Assembly (NCBI RefSeq): GCF_018977255.1
Contig: NW_024704742.1
Span: forward strand, 31,126,001 to 31,190,000
Direction of reading: 5' to 3'
DNA length: 64,000 nucleotides
Source of the DNA: Callorhinchus milii
Lineage: Eukaryota
A program made the translations under genes and the position numbers. The first letter of the stretch is position 1; every line of letters begins with the position of its first letter. The notes beneath the pieces are model-generated. The model saw nothing but the letters and a program-made list of their open reading frames with translations, had not been told where the DNA came from and did not search any database. Of the stretch, positions 23,145-37,005 are shown piece by piece.

Positions 23145-24757
23145 CTGAGGAAAGGACACAAGAGAAATGGTGAGCCAGGACTTTTTTTTCTATTATCTAC
23201 ATTTAATCATGTATTTAGCACGCAAAGTCCATGTCTGGATATACTGTTGACATTGCTATCCCACAAAATTGGTACCTTATTAATATATCAAATAAATAAA
23301 CAGCAAAACTTCTTTTTGCTTTTAAAGAAGTCAGTAGGCTATTTGGTTACCCCTACCCTCCAAGACATGAGTTTGAAGCCAAGCCAGAAGTCAGAATATA
23401 TGTTCAAGAGCAAAATCAAATCAGCATCAAATCAAAAGTTAATATCATTGCTTAGTACTGCTAGAATACACTTTTCCCACCACACACGCTGTTGCTAAAC
23501 AAAGGCAGTATTTGGGATTTATTTGACCCAAGAAGCCTCCAATTTCTCGTACCTCACTTGAAACCTCTTTAGCTGTGGTACTCCCTCAACCACACATCAA
23601 CACAAGCTGAATGACAATAACATAGACCTTTTCTCTCCTCACATTGGAAAGGTTCCAGGGAACACTATTGAGGGAACGGCTTAGTGCAGCCTGCTTTGGG
23701 TTTCTGAAACCAGGATTATCTACAGTTATAAAAGAATGGTTTCAGACTGCAAGGCAGGTTTTGATAGTTCAGTCTCTCAATAACTTATCTTTCCCCAAAT
23801 GTCTCCGCAGAGCAGCGATATTTTAATGACAAGAGCAGACACAATCTATCCGATTTCAATGACTTCATGTGCCCTACCTAAGCATCACAGTTAAACAGAT
23901 TCCCTCATGATATACTTGTGAAACAAGCAGCAGTGTTCTACAGTTAATCATCACATTAATCAATGGAACTATGAATTTAATGATCAATTGCAGTCACTAC
24001 AGTTTTCTACCAAATTTAATCTCAATCCTACAAAACGCAGTGGACGTCTGGATATCCAAAATACCCAGGACCAGTGGTACTTTGAATATGCGGGGAATTG
24101 TTTTTATGTATAGGAGTTTGTAAAATGTATATCTAACTGACCACCAGTCGAATACTGAAATTTCTTTCCAACCTGTTTATTTACTAATTTGAGCAACTCT
24201 TGTTGGTGACGAGATCCACAAGACGGTGGCATAAAAGATGGAAAGTTGTTCCCGTGGAGATAAGACGGAGGCGTGTTGACTCCTGCTCTGCTGAGCCACA
24301 AGTAAGGGTTGGTAGGTGTGGGATAATCCCCTAATAAATGGCTGGCTGGCCTTTGGGAAGTGTGACGGTTCTGTTGATGGTACAGATCACCAAAGAGGTG
24401 CCAGGGAGAAACAGATTAAACTAATTGTTTAAACATATGTGTGTGAAGAGTAGGTGAGTGGGACACCACAGTGAGGGCACACGGTGGATGCTGAGAGGAT
24501 CTTTGAGATTGGCACTGCAGCTTTCCTCACACTGCTTGCGAGTTAGTGAGAGGCTGCAGCAGGAGGTATGGAAGGAAGCCTTTAAAGCAAATTCATGAAA
24601 ATGAACAATGTGCAAAGACGGTTTGAACCATGAAAGCAAATTGGTGGATAACAAGAGTGCAGGGTCCAGCAGAGAGTGAAAGCAGTGGCTTGCTTGGGTA
24701 AGTGTTTCAGTTATGTTCAGTTCGGCGCTGTTTCAGGTAATGCAGAGTTTTTCAGAA

Positions 24758-25300
24758 ATAATAATTCTTGCATTTGATATAGCCCCTTATCACGTTGTTG
24801 AGACATCTCAAAACTCTTGACTGAATATATTGTAAAGTGGATTGACTGTGTATTTTGTGGGCAAAATGCAGCAGCCAATTGCGCAACCAGGTTTCTACTT
24901 ACTGCCAGGTAAACAGAGGCGTGTGGAGTAAGGAAACTTAATAATAATAATCCTTACATTTGGTATAGCACTTTTCACATCTTCTAGACGTCTCAAAGCA
25001 CTTCACAGAATATGCTGTAAAGTGAATTGACTGTATATTTGTGGGGGAAATGTGGAAGTCAATTGCGCACAGCAGTGTCCCACAAATAGTTGTGGATTGA
25101 AAATGACCAATTTATTATTGTTTTGGAGGGATTATTATTAGGCATGTGGAAGGGAACTTGCACAAGGTGTCGCCCTGCCTGGAATTGAACTCAGGTGTCT
25201 TACTTGCAAGGCAAGTGCTGTAACCACTGAGCTACAGAACTCCAAACTTGCTTAAGGTTTCGCCCCTGCCGGGATTCGATCCCGGATCCTCTTGCTTGCG
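24758..25300 (-). mobile_element. Nested SINEs: short variant (24940-25243) inside a long variant
   Basis: The outer element resumes after the insert; AAACTT is duplicated at 24934-24939 and 25244-25249. Confidence 0.82.
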
Positions 25301-25342
25301 ATATGCAGAAATCTACTGTATCGAGAATTAAATTCTTAATTT

Positions 25343-25660
25343 AGTCCTGTAGCTCAGTGGTTAGAGCACTCGCTTTGCAAACGAGAGACCTGAGTTCAAT
25401 TCCAGGCAGAGGGCGAAACCTTGGGCAAGTTTCCTTACTCCACACGCCTAATAATAATCCCTCCAAAAAAACAAAACAATAATAAAATTGGTCATTTTCA
25501 ATCTACAACTGTTTGTGGGACACTGCTGTGCGCAATTGGCTGCCGCGTTCGCCCACAAACATACAGTCAATTCACTTTACAGTATATTCTGTGAAGTGCT
25601 TTAGGACGTCTAGAAGACGCGAAAAGCGCTATGTCAAATGCAAGGATTATTATTATTATT
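25343..25660 (+). mobile_element. tRNA-derived SINE, full length
   Basis: AGTCCTGTAGCTCAGTGGTTAGAGC...AAATGCAAGGATTATTATTA. Confidence 0.9.
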
Positions 25661-26636
25661 AAATGCAACCAGCAGATTAAAATAGTTATAAGTGGGTAAA
25701 ATAATTGGGAGATAAAGGTTTGATTGAAAGGCCACAATTTAAACTTGGGGTTCCCACAAATTCCACAGAACAACATGCGAGGTATTATTTCGGGGTCATG
25801 AAGCTTGTTTACAACCACCCTGACATAGGTATATAAAAGACATAATTTCAGACTACAGTAGTGTTGGATATCTTACAACCCTCTCTCCAGGAACACCCAT
25901 ATCTGGAAGAAAGAGCAATATCGCTAATGGTACTCACTGGGCGTATTTTCATAATTCATGTGGATATACAGTAGTTTGAAATACCACAAGCTTTGCCTGT
26001 ATAATTTCTAAACTCCCAGTGACAATAAGTTTGGCATCACCCACATTTTTTGAAAAAAATACCATTTGATGTTATCAATTTACAGTTTTACAACAGTTGA
26101 ATAGAGTTACCCATGTAGGTCATCCTAAAGTGCAGACATACACAATCATTTTTTACACTGTAATAGTCATACATGCAGTCCATTACATTATAGCACAAGC
26201 CTATTTATAGAGAACCACAGATAGACTGCGGATCTGCACTCTACCACAAGTGTGGTACATGACCTCTGGTGCTGTCTGGCTATCTTCCTGCCACTCAGTG
26301 ATGGAAGGCACTGTCAGAGAAGTGGCACAATGGGCCACGTGTTTTGCAGATTCTTTGTAACATAATTTTATGGACACAAAACGCCATGTTATAACAGTGT
26401 TGGACTGTATATTTACATATACAGTGTGAAACAAATAGATTGAGAACTAGGTTTTAATCGTGTTCATTTAATTACATTTGTAAACCATATGAGAAAGTCT
26501 GCCATTCCCAAATGCTTGCAGGGTGATCCAGTTTATTTTTCAGCCTGATCCAGTTCATATGATCTGGCATAGCAAAGATCTCCAATCAATTTATTCTTCT
26601 GAGAATTTGAGCTGTGCTTAATTATCTTCAAATATC

Positions 26637-27667
26637 TCCTCCCGCTCTCACCCGGTCACCTGCGGGGTACCCAAGGATTCATCCTTGGCCCCCTCCTCTT
26701 TCTGATCTACATGCTCCCTCTTGGGGATGTCATCCGCAGACATGGGGTACACTTCCACATGTATGCAGATGACACTCAACTCTATTTTTCCACCTCTCTT
26801 TGCGACCCCCAGTTCCCTGAGGTTCTGTCAGCCTGGCTGTCAGATCTCAGGGGCTGGATGAGCACAAATTTCCTTCAGCTGAACGTTGACAAGACGGAAG
26901 CCATACTCTTTAGCTCTCGTCAACGTCTCTCACCTCCTCCAACTACCCGACCTCCCCCTAAAACTCTCCGAACCCGTACGCAACCTAGGCGTCAGGTTCA
27001 ACCCCCAATTATCCTTCCTCCCCCACATCCGGTCCCTCACCAGCACCGCTTTCTTCCACCTCCGACGCATCGCACGTCTCCGCCAATACCTCACTCAAAA
27101 AGCCGCTGAAACCCTGGTCCGTGCCTTTGTCACCTCTCGGCTGGACTATTCTAACGCCCTCCTCGCCGGTCTCCCATCCACTACCATCCATAAAATCCAG
27201 ATCATTCAAAACTCTGCCGCCCACATTCTCACCCGCACCAAACTCCGCTCCCCGATCACCCCAGTCCTTGCCAGACTGCACTGGCTGCCTGTCCCAGAGA
27301 GGGTCGACTTCAAAATCCTCACCCTTGTCTTCAAACCCCTCCTCTCCTCTGCACCCCCCTACCTCTCTGACCTCATCTCTCCTCAAAACAGTACCTATTG
27401 CCTTTGTTTCTCCGAGTCTGGCCTCCTCCTCGTCCCCCGAGACCTCCGCTCCACCCTCGGCGGCCGTGCCTCCAGCCACTATGCCCAGAGGCTCTGAAAC
27501 TCCCTTCCTCACTCTCTTCGCCTCGCTCCCTCCCTTCCTACTTTCAGGTCTCTGCTGAAGACCTTTCTTTTCAACTGCGCCTTTGGTCACCTCTCCTTGG
27601 CTCGGTGCCGGGATCCGTTACTGTAAAGCGCTCTGAGATGCCGTCCGGCGTGGACCAAGTTGTTGTT
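26637..27667 (+). mobile_element. L2-type LINE 3' portion, 5'-truncated
   Basis: [43 protein letters not shown] and LHWLPVPERVDFKIL; (GTT)n tail. Confidence 0.92.
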
Positions 27668-29709
27668 CAAAATATTCCTTTCAAATTACACATTCAAGGA
27701 ATTGCACACCACAGGAAGCAGATATTCGACCCACCTGGTCTGTGCCAGCTTTCCAAAAGAGTCACACTCCCCCGTTCTTTCCCCATATCCTTTTAGATTT
27801 TTCTTTTCAAATATTTATCCAATTAAGTTTTAAAAGCTCTTATAGATTTTCCTTTACCCACTGATTTGATACTTCATTGTGATTTATTGGACACATTCTG
27901 ATTCAGGGTCATCACTACCAGAGAACAGGTTTGCTTGCTTCAGTATACCCAACTCCATACAAACGATCTTGGGTTTATTGAAGTTTCACAGCAAACAACA
28001 AACTAACAAGAAATCAATGAGGCACGAGGAACATTTGGTGAATGTGCAACAGTATGGTAGAAAGCTCTTCCACTTCAAATCAATAGAAAAGTTCTTAGAG
28101 GACCAGTTAGATGAAAAGAGAGCAGTTCCTATGTTTCACCAATTATTTAATCTCATTTCTCAGGACTTGACCAAGTTTTCCATCATCCTACAATCAATAT
28201 TCCTTTTAACTCAAGTTTACCACCGACTAACAAGGGTCCCAATTTTGTCTTCTTTCCAGTGTGGTGGTGCTTCTACTGTCCTTCAACCTTCACCTTGGTT
28301 TCTCAATTTAGGAAAAATATATAAACCGCTTAAAAAAGTAAAGATGGCAAAGTTCCCATATCAGTTATTAACCAAAGTTCTCATGATAGCTAGACAATGG
28401 ACAACTATATAGGTGCCATTAGTATCACGTTACACTTATTTTGTCGGTCCTTCTCAGTGCTTCTTTGCAATCTCCGTGGCACTTTACCCAGTGACCTGGA
28501 TTTGAACCGATTCATCTTACGTAACAAAAGCAATCAGGTGAGAAGTGAAAGCCTATTATTTCTGAGCAATTCACAATTAAATTTTATTTTGTACCGCTCT
28601 AGTCAACGCCAAAGTTCCATGTTTTGTTTATCAAAATATTTTCTGTCAGGCATTTAATTTTATTTGAAGCTGTAGTTTTCACAATGTTTTCAACTTGATG
28701 AAAGCATTTAGCTATGAGTGCATTTTTTTGGTGCAGAGTGCATTGGGATATTTGCGTGGCTATTCATACATCTGAAGCAATGAGAATTGAAGTGTCGAAG
28801 CATTTTATTTACTCTTGGTGTCTGAGGTTCGGTTGAATCGAGGGGTTAGCCTTTTTGCATTTATCAGAATACTATTATTAATAATTTGTAAATCACAAAT
28901 CTTTGCAATTTGCACTGTTGTCATATGTTAAAACAAATCTATTTTAAAATGCAGTGGATGGAAAAATTAAGCACAAACACGTCAAAACTGTTCTAAGAAC
29001 CACAATAAAAAAAAATTCCAACAAGTCAACTTCTGTTCAACAGTGACAAGTCACTCTGGATGCTGCAATATCTACTCAGAATTGAATGTCCGGAATCAAA
29101 AATGCAACTTGACAAATGTATGCTACCCTATAGGTTGTAGTCATCAGCAGAGCCAAATAAATCAAATTAGATTGTGCATTATAAAGGTCCACAAGAAAAG
29201 GCTACCATTCCAACTTACAATAATAATCTTTGTATTTGGTAGACCACCACATCACGTTGCTGAGACATCTCTAAGTGATTTAAAGAATATATTGTAAAGT
29301 GGATTGATTGTGCATTTTATGGGCGAAATGCGGCAGCCAATTGCACACAGCTGTGTCCCACAAACAATCGTGGATTGTATAACCAAAATTTTTTTGAGGG
29401 ATTATTACCCTAGAAAGCGATCCACCAATTGACTAACAACCGGGTTCCTCAAACAGAGGCGTGTGGAGTAAGGAAACATGCCTAAGGTTTCACCCCACCT
29501 GGAACTCGAATGCAGATAACATCCCCAGTACCGATTGTATCGACTGAGTGGAGACAAAACTTCAGCCCAGTACCAACCAGAACAGCTATTAAAAATGTGA
29601 ATACCTTTCTTTTCTCCTCCGTTTGAAGACACTGGACACCTGCAGTGTACACACCCCACAACAGTTATAAAGTTCCTGTGGTGTAACATAATAAAAATGT
29701 GCTTCTTAC

Positions 29710-29829
29710 CTATGTTTCTGCACTGTTCGACTGTAGCCTGTTGAAGTACAGGACCCTGAAAATGTTATGTAGTCCTGTTGTTCGGACATTCCCAGATTGG
29801 TCACAGATACAGGAATTTGCTGAACAAAA
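29710..29829 (-). CDS. ABRAXAS1: ABRAXAS1 exon 6
   Basis: FVQQIPVSVTNLGMSEQQDYITFSGSCTSTGYSRTVQKH, with the conserved NLGMSEQ. Confidence 0.93.
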   Translation of the reverse strand, partial: FCSANSCICDQSGNVRTTGLHNIFRVLYFNRLQSNSAET

Positions 29830-30151
29830 CTAGATTTTTTTTGAAAGAAGCACACAAAAATAAATATTACCTCTATATTATTGAAAGTGGACTTGAGAAA
29901 TTTTCAAATAGGTCTGTGTGCACAGTGCCACATTATTGTAAGCAGAGCAATTCAAGGCAAGGTAACCCACACAGTTCTTTGAGCAACCCAATTGGCAACT
30001 GGCACAAACAAAGCTGGAACAAGTTGGAATCGGTTCTGATGTTTCCCTTTGTGCATATGGAAAGGATCGTTTACATTTCCCAAATCTGCATACTTTTGAG
30101 GTGGTTTTCTTTTTTTTTAAATACATAGAAAAATCACTCGACAGTGCTCAC

Positions 30152-30345
30152 CTTTCCTGAGGTTTACTGAGAGTGTATTCCAGGCTGTGTGTGGAACCAT
30201 TCTCTCTGCACAATTTGGTAGTAAAGAGAAAGAACACCAGCTGCTGGTTTTTTAGTTGAATCTGAAGGTTCTTGTGAAGAAGGCGCTCTCGGAATGTCAT
30301 CGCCTGACTCGTGTTGCGTCTGAACTTATACCAACCAATAACATT
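30152..30345 (-). CDS. ABRAXAS1: ABRAXAS1 exon 5 (MPN- domain)
   Basis: [28 protein letters not shown]...[14 protein letters not shown]; canonical splice sites. Confidence 0.95.
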
Positions 30346-31315
30346 CTGGAGAGAAGAGTATACAGTATAATCAGATCTAGTCTAGACCAAAAACACTGAA
30401 AATGAACTACTTTTCCAATTACTAATACTCCTCAACTCTAGATATTTAACAGCACATAAACAACAACTTGTATTCATGCAGCGCCCTTCATGTGGAGTCG
30501 CATTTTGGGAGTGCGTAGTCTAATGCTGAGCCAGGGAGGACGGACAGGTGACCTTTTGTGATCACACGTGATCTGAAAACGGGCAAAGAGGTGGGATAGA
30601 GGCAGGGAGTTCAGGAGGTTCAGGGTGCAGTGGCTGAAAGCACAGCTACCACAGTAGAGCAGGTGGGTTGAGGAACATGCAGAAGGTTCAAGCCTCAGGA
30701 TCGAAGGGGGTAGATAGAGGAGTGAGGTGCGAGCAGGTTGGAAGGTAAGGAGGTGCTGGGGCGTGAAGTCATTTGTAGGTGAGTGTAAGCGTCTTGAAAT
30801 CGATCCGTTCTGCAACAGGGAGGAACATCCTATTTACTGGGCTGGATTCAAACTCACAAAAGATCAATGTTTCAACCCAATGGGCACCCCAACCATTTAA
30901 AACTAGTTTTCGTTTCTGTGTAATTTTCTTTCCCTTTTATTCAGAGTTTCCAGTCCAACAATTTCAGCAGCACAGTCAATGTAAGAGTCATAAGCGCTCC
31001 GAGACACTAACCGCATGAAGGGGTATCAATGCAAGTTGTTGTTGTTTTCAGCCATTCTCTTGCAACTACTAAACCCAAATTACATGCAAGGATTATTATC
31101 AGTATTTGGCTGCACATTATTACTTGAGATAAGGAATGCTATGACCATTTTTTTTTGAAAGCAAAGGGAAAGCATTTTTTTTTAAATTGTTCCTTGCTGA
31201 CAGTTAAATTATTTATCTGACAAAATTACAGTTTTAAAATTGATGCAATCAATCATGCAATTCAGGATACTTATATTTTCAAATGCTTTGACCAGGTGTT
31301 GTCTTAGCAATGTAC

Positions 31316-31382
31316 CTTTTTGTGATCTTGCAATATTTTCTTCAGTGCTTTTTCATCCACTTCACCAGCAAAATTATAAAAA
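31316..31382 (-). CDS. ABRAXAS1: ABRAXAS1 exon 4
   Basis: FYNFAGEVDEKALKKILQDHKK; phases 2/0 fit. Confidence 0.92.
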
Positions 31383-32570
31383 CTGTAAGACAGACAGATA
31401 TTGGAAATAATTTTATTTCAACAAGGTTAGCACACAGACTTCCTGAGCTAGTCACTAAGGTTATTCATGACAAGCAATCATTCATTGACTACTGAGGTAC
31501 AGTGCACATATTACCTTTCACCCACAAAATATACAGTCAATTCACTTTACAATATATTCTGTAAAGTGCTTTGAGACATCACGATATAATAAAGCGCTAT
31601 AAAAATTCAATTATTATTATTATATACATTGCAATAATGCATATGGCAGAATAAAGTGCATAATTTCTGCTGAAATGCAGTAGTCATTAAGATCGGAACA
31701 GAAATTGTTAACTGGATGTTGGTTAAATGACTAAATACCCTGTGTATACAAATTGAATAAGGACTAATAGAATTCATGAGCTGTGTTTCCCTTAGACACA
31801 TGCAGACCCTTCAGAACATTTTCAGTTATAAAAATATACATTTTTTAATAATTCATTCTCTCTTTGCTTGGAGAGGGGAGTGTCTAATTCCACATCACGC
31901 TGTCTCTAGTCATTAGAAAGTGGACATTATTTATTCTCTAATATTCACTCCTATTGAAGAAATCTCTGGCTGCTGCTTGGTATATAAATTTGGCAGCAGA
32001 ACAGAGTCTGGACTTACAATGTGGAGAAAGCAGAGGTGCAAATTCTAAACCTGGTACGTGTAAATTCTGGTATTTTCATATCAAGTTGCTACATCATCAT
32101 TTGAACAAGGAAACATATTCCCATTTTATATTCAATCTCCGTGGGTTTACACTTGCTTTGGCAATACCAGAGACCCAGTCCTGTGTTCCTTTCTATCTAT
32201 TAATAATATACAATCCGCCAGCAGGCAATGCCAGTGTACAAACCACGCACAGTATCTGCGCAAGTTGTGCTCAGGATGTGCTCAGTTACAGGGAACCATA
32301 GGGATCACACTGAAGTGAAATATTAAAGAGGCATTTATTTTCACTGAAGTGCAGCACCACTTGTCGATTCAATGTAATTAGTTTATGTGCATTCCAAAGA
32401 AATAGTCCGCACTTTAGAGCAAATTCAAACATGGGATCTTCTGGGAATATTGTTCCCTTTAACCTTTTCCTCATGAATCAGGTTGCAAGCGATGGAACAA
32501 GTCCCACTGGAAATAACAAAAGTCCTGAAATTCTTAGACTTGAAAATGGTTATCAATTGAGCTCACGTAC

Positions 32571-32607
32571 CTGAACAGCCAGTAACATGGAATATGTTTT
32601 TGTATAT
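32571..32607 (-). CDS. ABRAXAS1: ABRAXAS1 exon 3 (37 nt)
   Basis: (D)IQKHIPCYWLF(S); ccactag acceptor, GTACGT donor. Confidence 0.9.
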
Positions 32608-34282
32608 CTAGTGGGGGGAAAACAACACACGTCAGAGTGAACAACATTTCAAGATCAAGATTGGTGGGGAAACAACAATTTTTCATATAGAAAGCTAGTT
32701 TCTCTGATGGATAATAAACATTAAACACAAAGGGGAATAGCTTTTAATACAAAATAATAAGTGTTATATATATGTATATATATAAAAAAGACTGTTCAGT
32801 TACCTTGTGTGGGAGTTCAATTAATATCAGAAGATGCATCTTTCAACTCAAGGTTCTTTATATCATGTGAATTAAAAGTCCTCCAAGTGAGTTCACCTGG
32901 TGAGGACTTCAGCAAATTGCTACATAAACATGTCCAAACCAACAAAATGTATGGTGAAGTTCTAGGTAACTTCTGTATGTGCTTTATGAAAAAAAATACA
33001 CACAGCGAAATTCACTCTTTGGCCTTTACACACTGGTGCAAGCCAAAGCAACCGGAACTATTACTCGAGGATCACAAGGGAGAAAAAAAATTAGAAGTTC
33101 CACAAACGGGAAATTAATCTACATGAACCCGATCACTGAATCTGATTGTATACTGGATTCCTAAAAGGGATTATGAAATGCATTTATGCCACCTGTGAGA
33201 TGCACCCGATATGTTTTCTCATCAATCTACTCTGTTGATGCTGCATTTTTGTGTTGTTACAATTCAAATTTAGAAAAAAATGTGCAATTAAAGTAACTGG
33301 ACTTACATGCCCTGTGCGTACACTCACCTGGTTCTTGACCACGAGTTTCAGTGCGAAACACAATTTGTTATAATATAAATCTAAACTAGAAAGACCATCA
33401 AAGCTATAGCAGAGCACATACAAGGAAGCCGCCCGGAAATTAGAAATGAAGAGTTATGATGAAAGGTTACAATAGAGAACGTTAAGAGTTTTTCAAAATT
33501 CTAAAAGGTTTTGGAAGGACAAATAGTGAAAGGTTATTCCTGGTGGTTAGTATATCAATAACCAGAGGTAACAAGAGCTCAAGACCACAAATATACGGCC
33601 AATTCACTTTGCAAGATATTCTGTGAAGCGCTTTGAGACATCTAGAAGATGTGAAAATGCTATATCAAATGCAAAGATTATTATTAGTTATTATAAGACT
33701 GGCCCTGATAGCAGTAATGGCAAGGTTAGAATAATCTTTTCTCACTCAATGGATTGTTATAGCATCAAATTCTTTGCTAAAGTTTTCCGCTGGACCAGAT
33801 CTATTTGTTTATTTTGTTCTCCGATCACCACTTGGTGATCAATGTTACAGATAGAGCAAAGGAAATTATATTAAAAGGGATGAACAGAAATATAGATCTC
33901 TGCCAGACTAGATTCTTTTGTTTGAACCAAGATATCCATTCCTAATTGATTAAAAGCTATTATATTAACTACTGGTACTGCCACATAAGGTCATCTTAAG
34001 AATTTTACCCTCTCCGCACCCTCCTCATCGATGTGTAACCTGGCTTCTATTAAACAGCTATCTAGTGCAGCATAACTGATTGACTGCCAGTTTCGATGAC
34101 TTCTAAAAACTTTTTTGCTAAATTTCTTAAGGATTGAGGTTAATTCACATGAATAATTCAAGAAGCAATTTGTTGTTATTAAGCTATAAAAGGTTTACAT
34201 AGTATATTCCCGGTCTGCAAGACTGATGTTGACTTTCACCACAGTGATGAGAAAATGCACTTAATAGTTACAATAAACTCAC

Positions 34283-34373
34283 CTATTGTATAAACCACCT
34301 CAATGTCATCCAGCTGAGAGTCAGTAATGCTATTTTTTGCTTCTGCTTTAATTTCCCCAAGTAGAAATCCTTC
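34283..34373 (-). CDS. ABRAXAS1: ABRAXAS1 exon 2 (exon 1 not found in the window)
   Basis: [30 protein letters not shown]; ttttcag acceptor, GTGAGT donor. Confidence 0.95.
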
Positions 34374-35546
34374 CTGAAAAGTGAAATAAATGAGGTTATT
34401 TGTCTTTTACTGAGTTAGGTCAGGATTCTACTCAAAACATGTTGTTAAGAATATGACCAGAAAATAGACTGTCAAGGGAATAATATATGTAATGAAACTG
34501 AGGATTATGCACATGGACTGTAAATTTACAGCACATTTTACAAATCTTTTCACAAGCCCGTTATCTCTCACTGGTGGTCTATAACCTGGCAATCCTAACA
34601 TGCAGTAACCAGCCGCCCATGACTCACTTCACAGAACAAATATTATGCATAAAGATACATCCATCTCTTGTCACAATCTCTGCATAGCAAAGAATGGAGC
34701 AGAGCTCCCCTACATAAACAATCTCACTGAGAGCAGATTTATAATCAAATATTTTCAAGTCCATTGAATAGACGTTCTTCCAAAACTGTCAAGTGCTTTC
34801 CCACTTACCAGTCAGACACCACTAACAGAATGTAAAGTATCCAACACTAAATGCATCAGTCACACTTCTGTAAGTTCTTTGAGTAAGTTGCTGGGAGCCA
34901 TTATTTTAGAGACAGTTAGTGTGAGAGCATTTACTGTAAGAATCAAATAGTTTTTGTGTAGAACAGGGGAAGCGGCAGCAGGGAGGGAAGGAGAGTTTCA
35001 GCCGAGACTGACCAGATGCTGAGCATCCTGGAGGCGGCTTCACAGCGGGCACGTCTATTTGCCAAGATCCCTCGTATGAGGACCCGGATCAAGCAGCTGG
35101 TGCTGAGTGAGCCAAGTGAGTGATATCTGTCTTGGATCTCAAGAACATCAAGGTAGTTGGCACATCACAAGCTGTCCTGTAAAGGTCCTCCCACCACAGT
35201 GAAGGCAGACGTCCGTCAGATAGCTGATGAAGAAACGCTTGAGAATTGGGACCCCAGTTGAACACACTCATATACCCAACGCTTGGAATCACCTCGATTG
35301 GTTTGCAGAGAGGTAAGCACCAGTTGTTCAAGCTCCGTATCTCCAACTGCCGGACCCCCCAATCAAAGCGTAAGAATATGTTTCCGAGCTGTGGGCAGGA
35401 GGATGGTGGCAATGCACTCAGGCTTTTCATCCTGAGGTGTGCTGCTCACCAGAGAGCTTGCATGAAGTTCCTGGTCACTGCCACCCACTTAGTGAGGGCT
35501 CAGACTGCGCTCGTCAATGTTAAATGACTGACTAGTGACTATCCTC

Positions 35547-35574
35547 GGGGGGGGGGGGGGGGGGGGGGGGGGGG
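35547..35574. repeat. Poly-G homopolymer (~28 nt)
   Basis: Directly visible. Confidence 0.9.
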
Positions 35575-36639
35575 TGGAGAGGAAATTAGGTAAAAGTTAA
35601 ACTGTTGCAAACCTGCACCTAATACTCTCTGGAATTACATAAGAAAGGTACGTCCCTCCAGGGAGAGAATGCACATTCCTTTACAGACATGGAAATCTTC
35701 ATGTGTAAGTGGTATACATAAGTAGAAGCAAATACTATTTCATGATGACACGATAAACTACAAAGCACCAGCTGGTATGGCTGTCCACCATTTGTTTTTA
35801 GCATCTAAATCAGCTTTCTTTGAGGTCTTCAAAGCAATACAAAGCACCAATGTCTGACACTGATCAAGCCAACTGGAAAGGACGGTCTTGAGCAGGAAGC
35901 TTCTGCTTCCAGGTCAGCCTGGTTTTTCATTTACTAATCAAATCACACAGGCTAATCTGGATTGAAATAGATCAATTTGAGTGCTGCACTGCAAAGCACC
36001 ATATTAAACCTAAGTAGCTAAACACCGGCACCAGCTCACAATTCTAAGTCAATGAAAAAGCGCCTTCAGCAAAACAAAGACCAAAAAAAAGTTCCTGTCA
36101 CATTATAAAAAGACCAGCTAGTCATCAGCTCAGCCAACATGCAGAGTCTGTCATCAATCAGCAAAGAGAATAAGGCCACTCTGGATGATACCCAACAACA
36201 ACAATTTGCATTTATATAGCGTCCTTCATGCGGGGCAGCAGCTCGGAGTGCTTAACAGTGGCGGAGCCTGATGCCAAGCCGCGGAGAGGGAGTGCTTATT
36301 GTACCAGTTTGTGGGGCATGGAGCTGGGGAGACCGGTGAGGAGGGTATTGGAACAGTCGAGGGGGAGGTGACGATTTTGGCTGCGTTGGCTGTGAGGTCA
36401 CCGGGTTGCAGATGAAGACGAGAAACTTTGAGGCAAAGTCTATTTCACACAGAGATACTTGCATAAGCACTGTGAGAAATCAGCATTGATCAATGCTGTG
36501 ATTAACTCCGAGGAAATGGGTGAAGATGGCTGAACAGTTGGAATTCATTCCAGCTAACCAAGGCCGATGTGACCACTCTTGGCAACGTCAATGTCCCAAT
36601 TCAAATGAATTGGCTTCACTTCTCGTTGTTCTTTGTAGG

Positions 36640-37005
36640 ATGTTGCAAATTAGCTGCTGCTTTTGCCCACATAATCCTCACAGGCAGTTTGCACACAGCA
36701 ATGTCCCACAAACAGCCATGGAGTAAATGAACGATTGTATTTGGGGGATTTGTTGGCTCAGACTCTGGTAGAGAGAAACTCCCTTCTCATTTTGAATAAT
36801 GATATGTTTAATGTCCGCCTGAACTGGTAGACAGAACCTCAGTTTAATGTCTCGAGCGAAGGACGGCACCTCCAAAAATGCAACACTCCCCCAGTACTCT
36901 ATTGGAGTGTCAGCTTAGACCGTGTGATTTCATGTCCTGACGTGGGGCTTGAACCCACAACTTTTTGACTCAGATGTAAGAGTGCTACCAAATGAGCCAT
37001 GTTCA
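36640..37005 (-). mobile_element. Deu-domain SINE (SacSINE1-like)
   Basis: tRNA-like head (GGTAGCACTCTTACATCTGAGTC...GGGTTCAAGCCCCAC) and Deu core on the minus strand; an inverted partial partner lies at 37130-37320. Confidence 0.7.

Noticed and set aside
25343..25415. SINE heads as additional tRNA genes
   Set aside because: The acceptor stem is not intact and the sequence continues into the SINE body.
34960..35530. 113-aa and 93-aa ORFs next to the poly-G tract
   Set aside because: No recognisable product. It may be a decayed retroelement piece, but I cannot support a family call.
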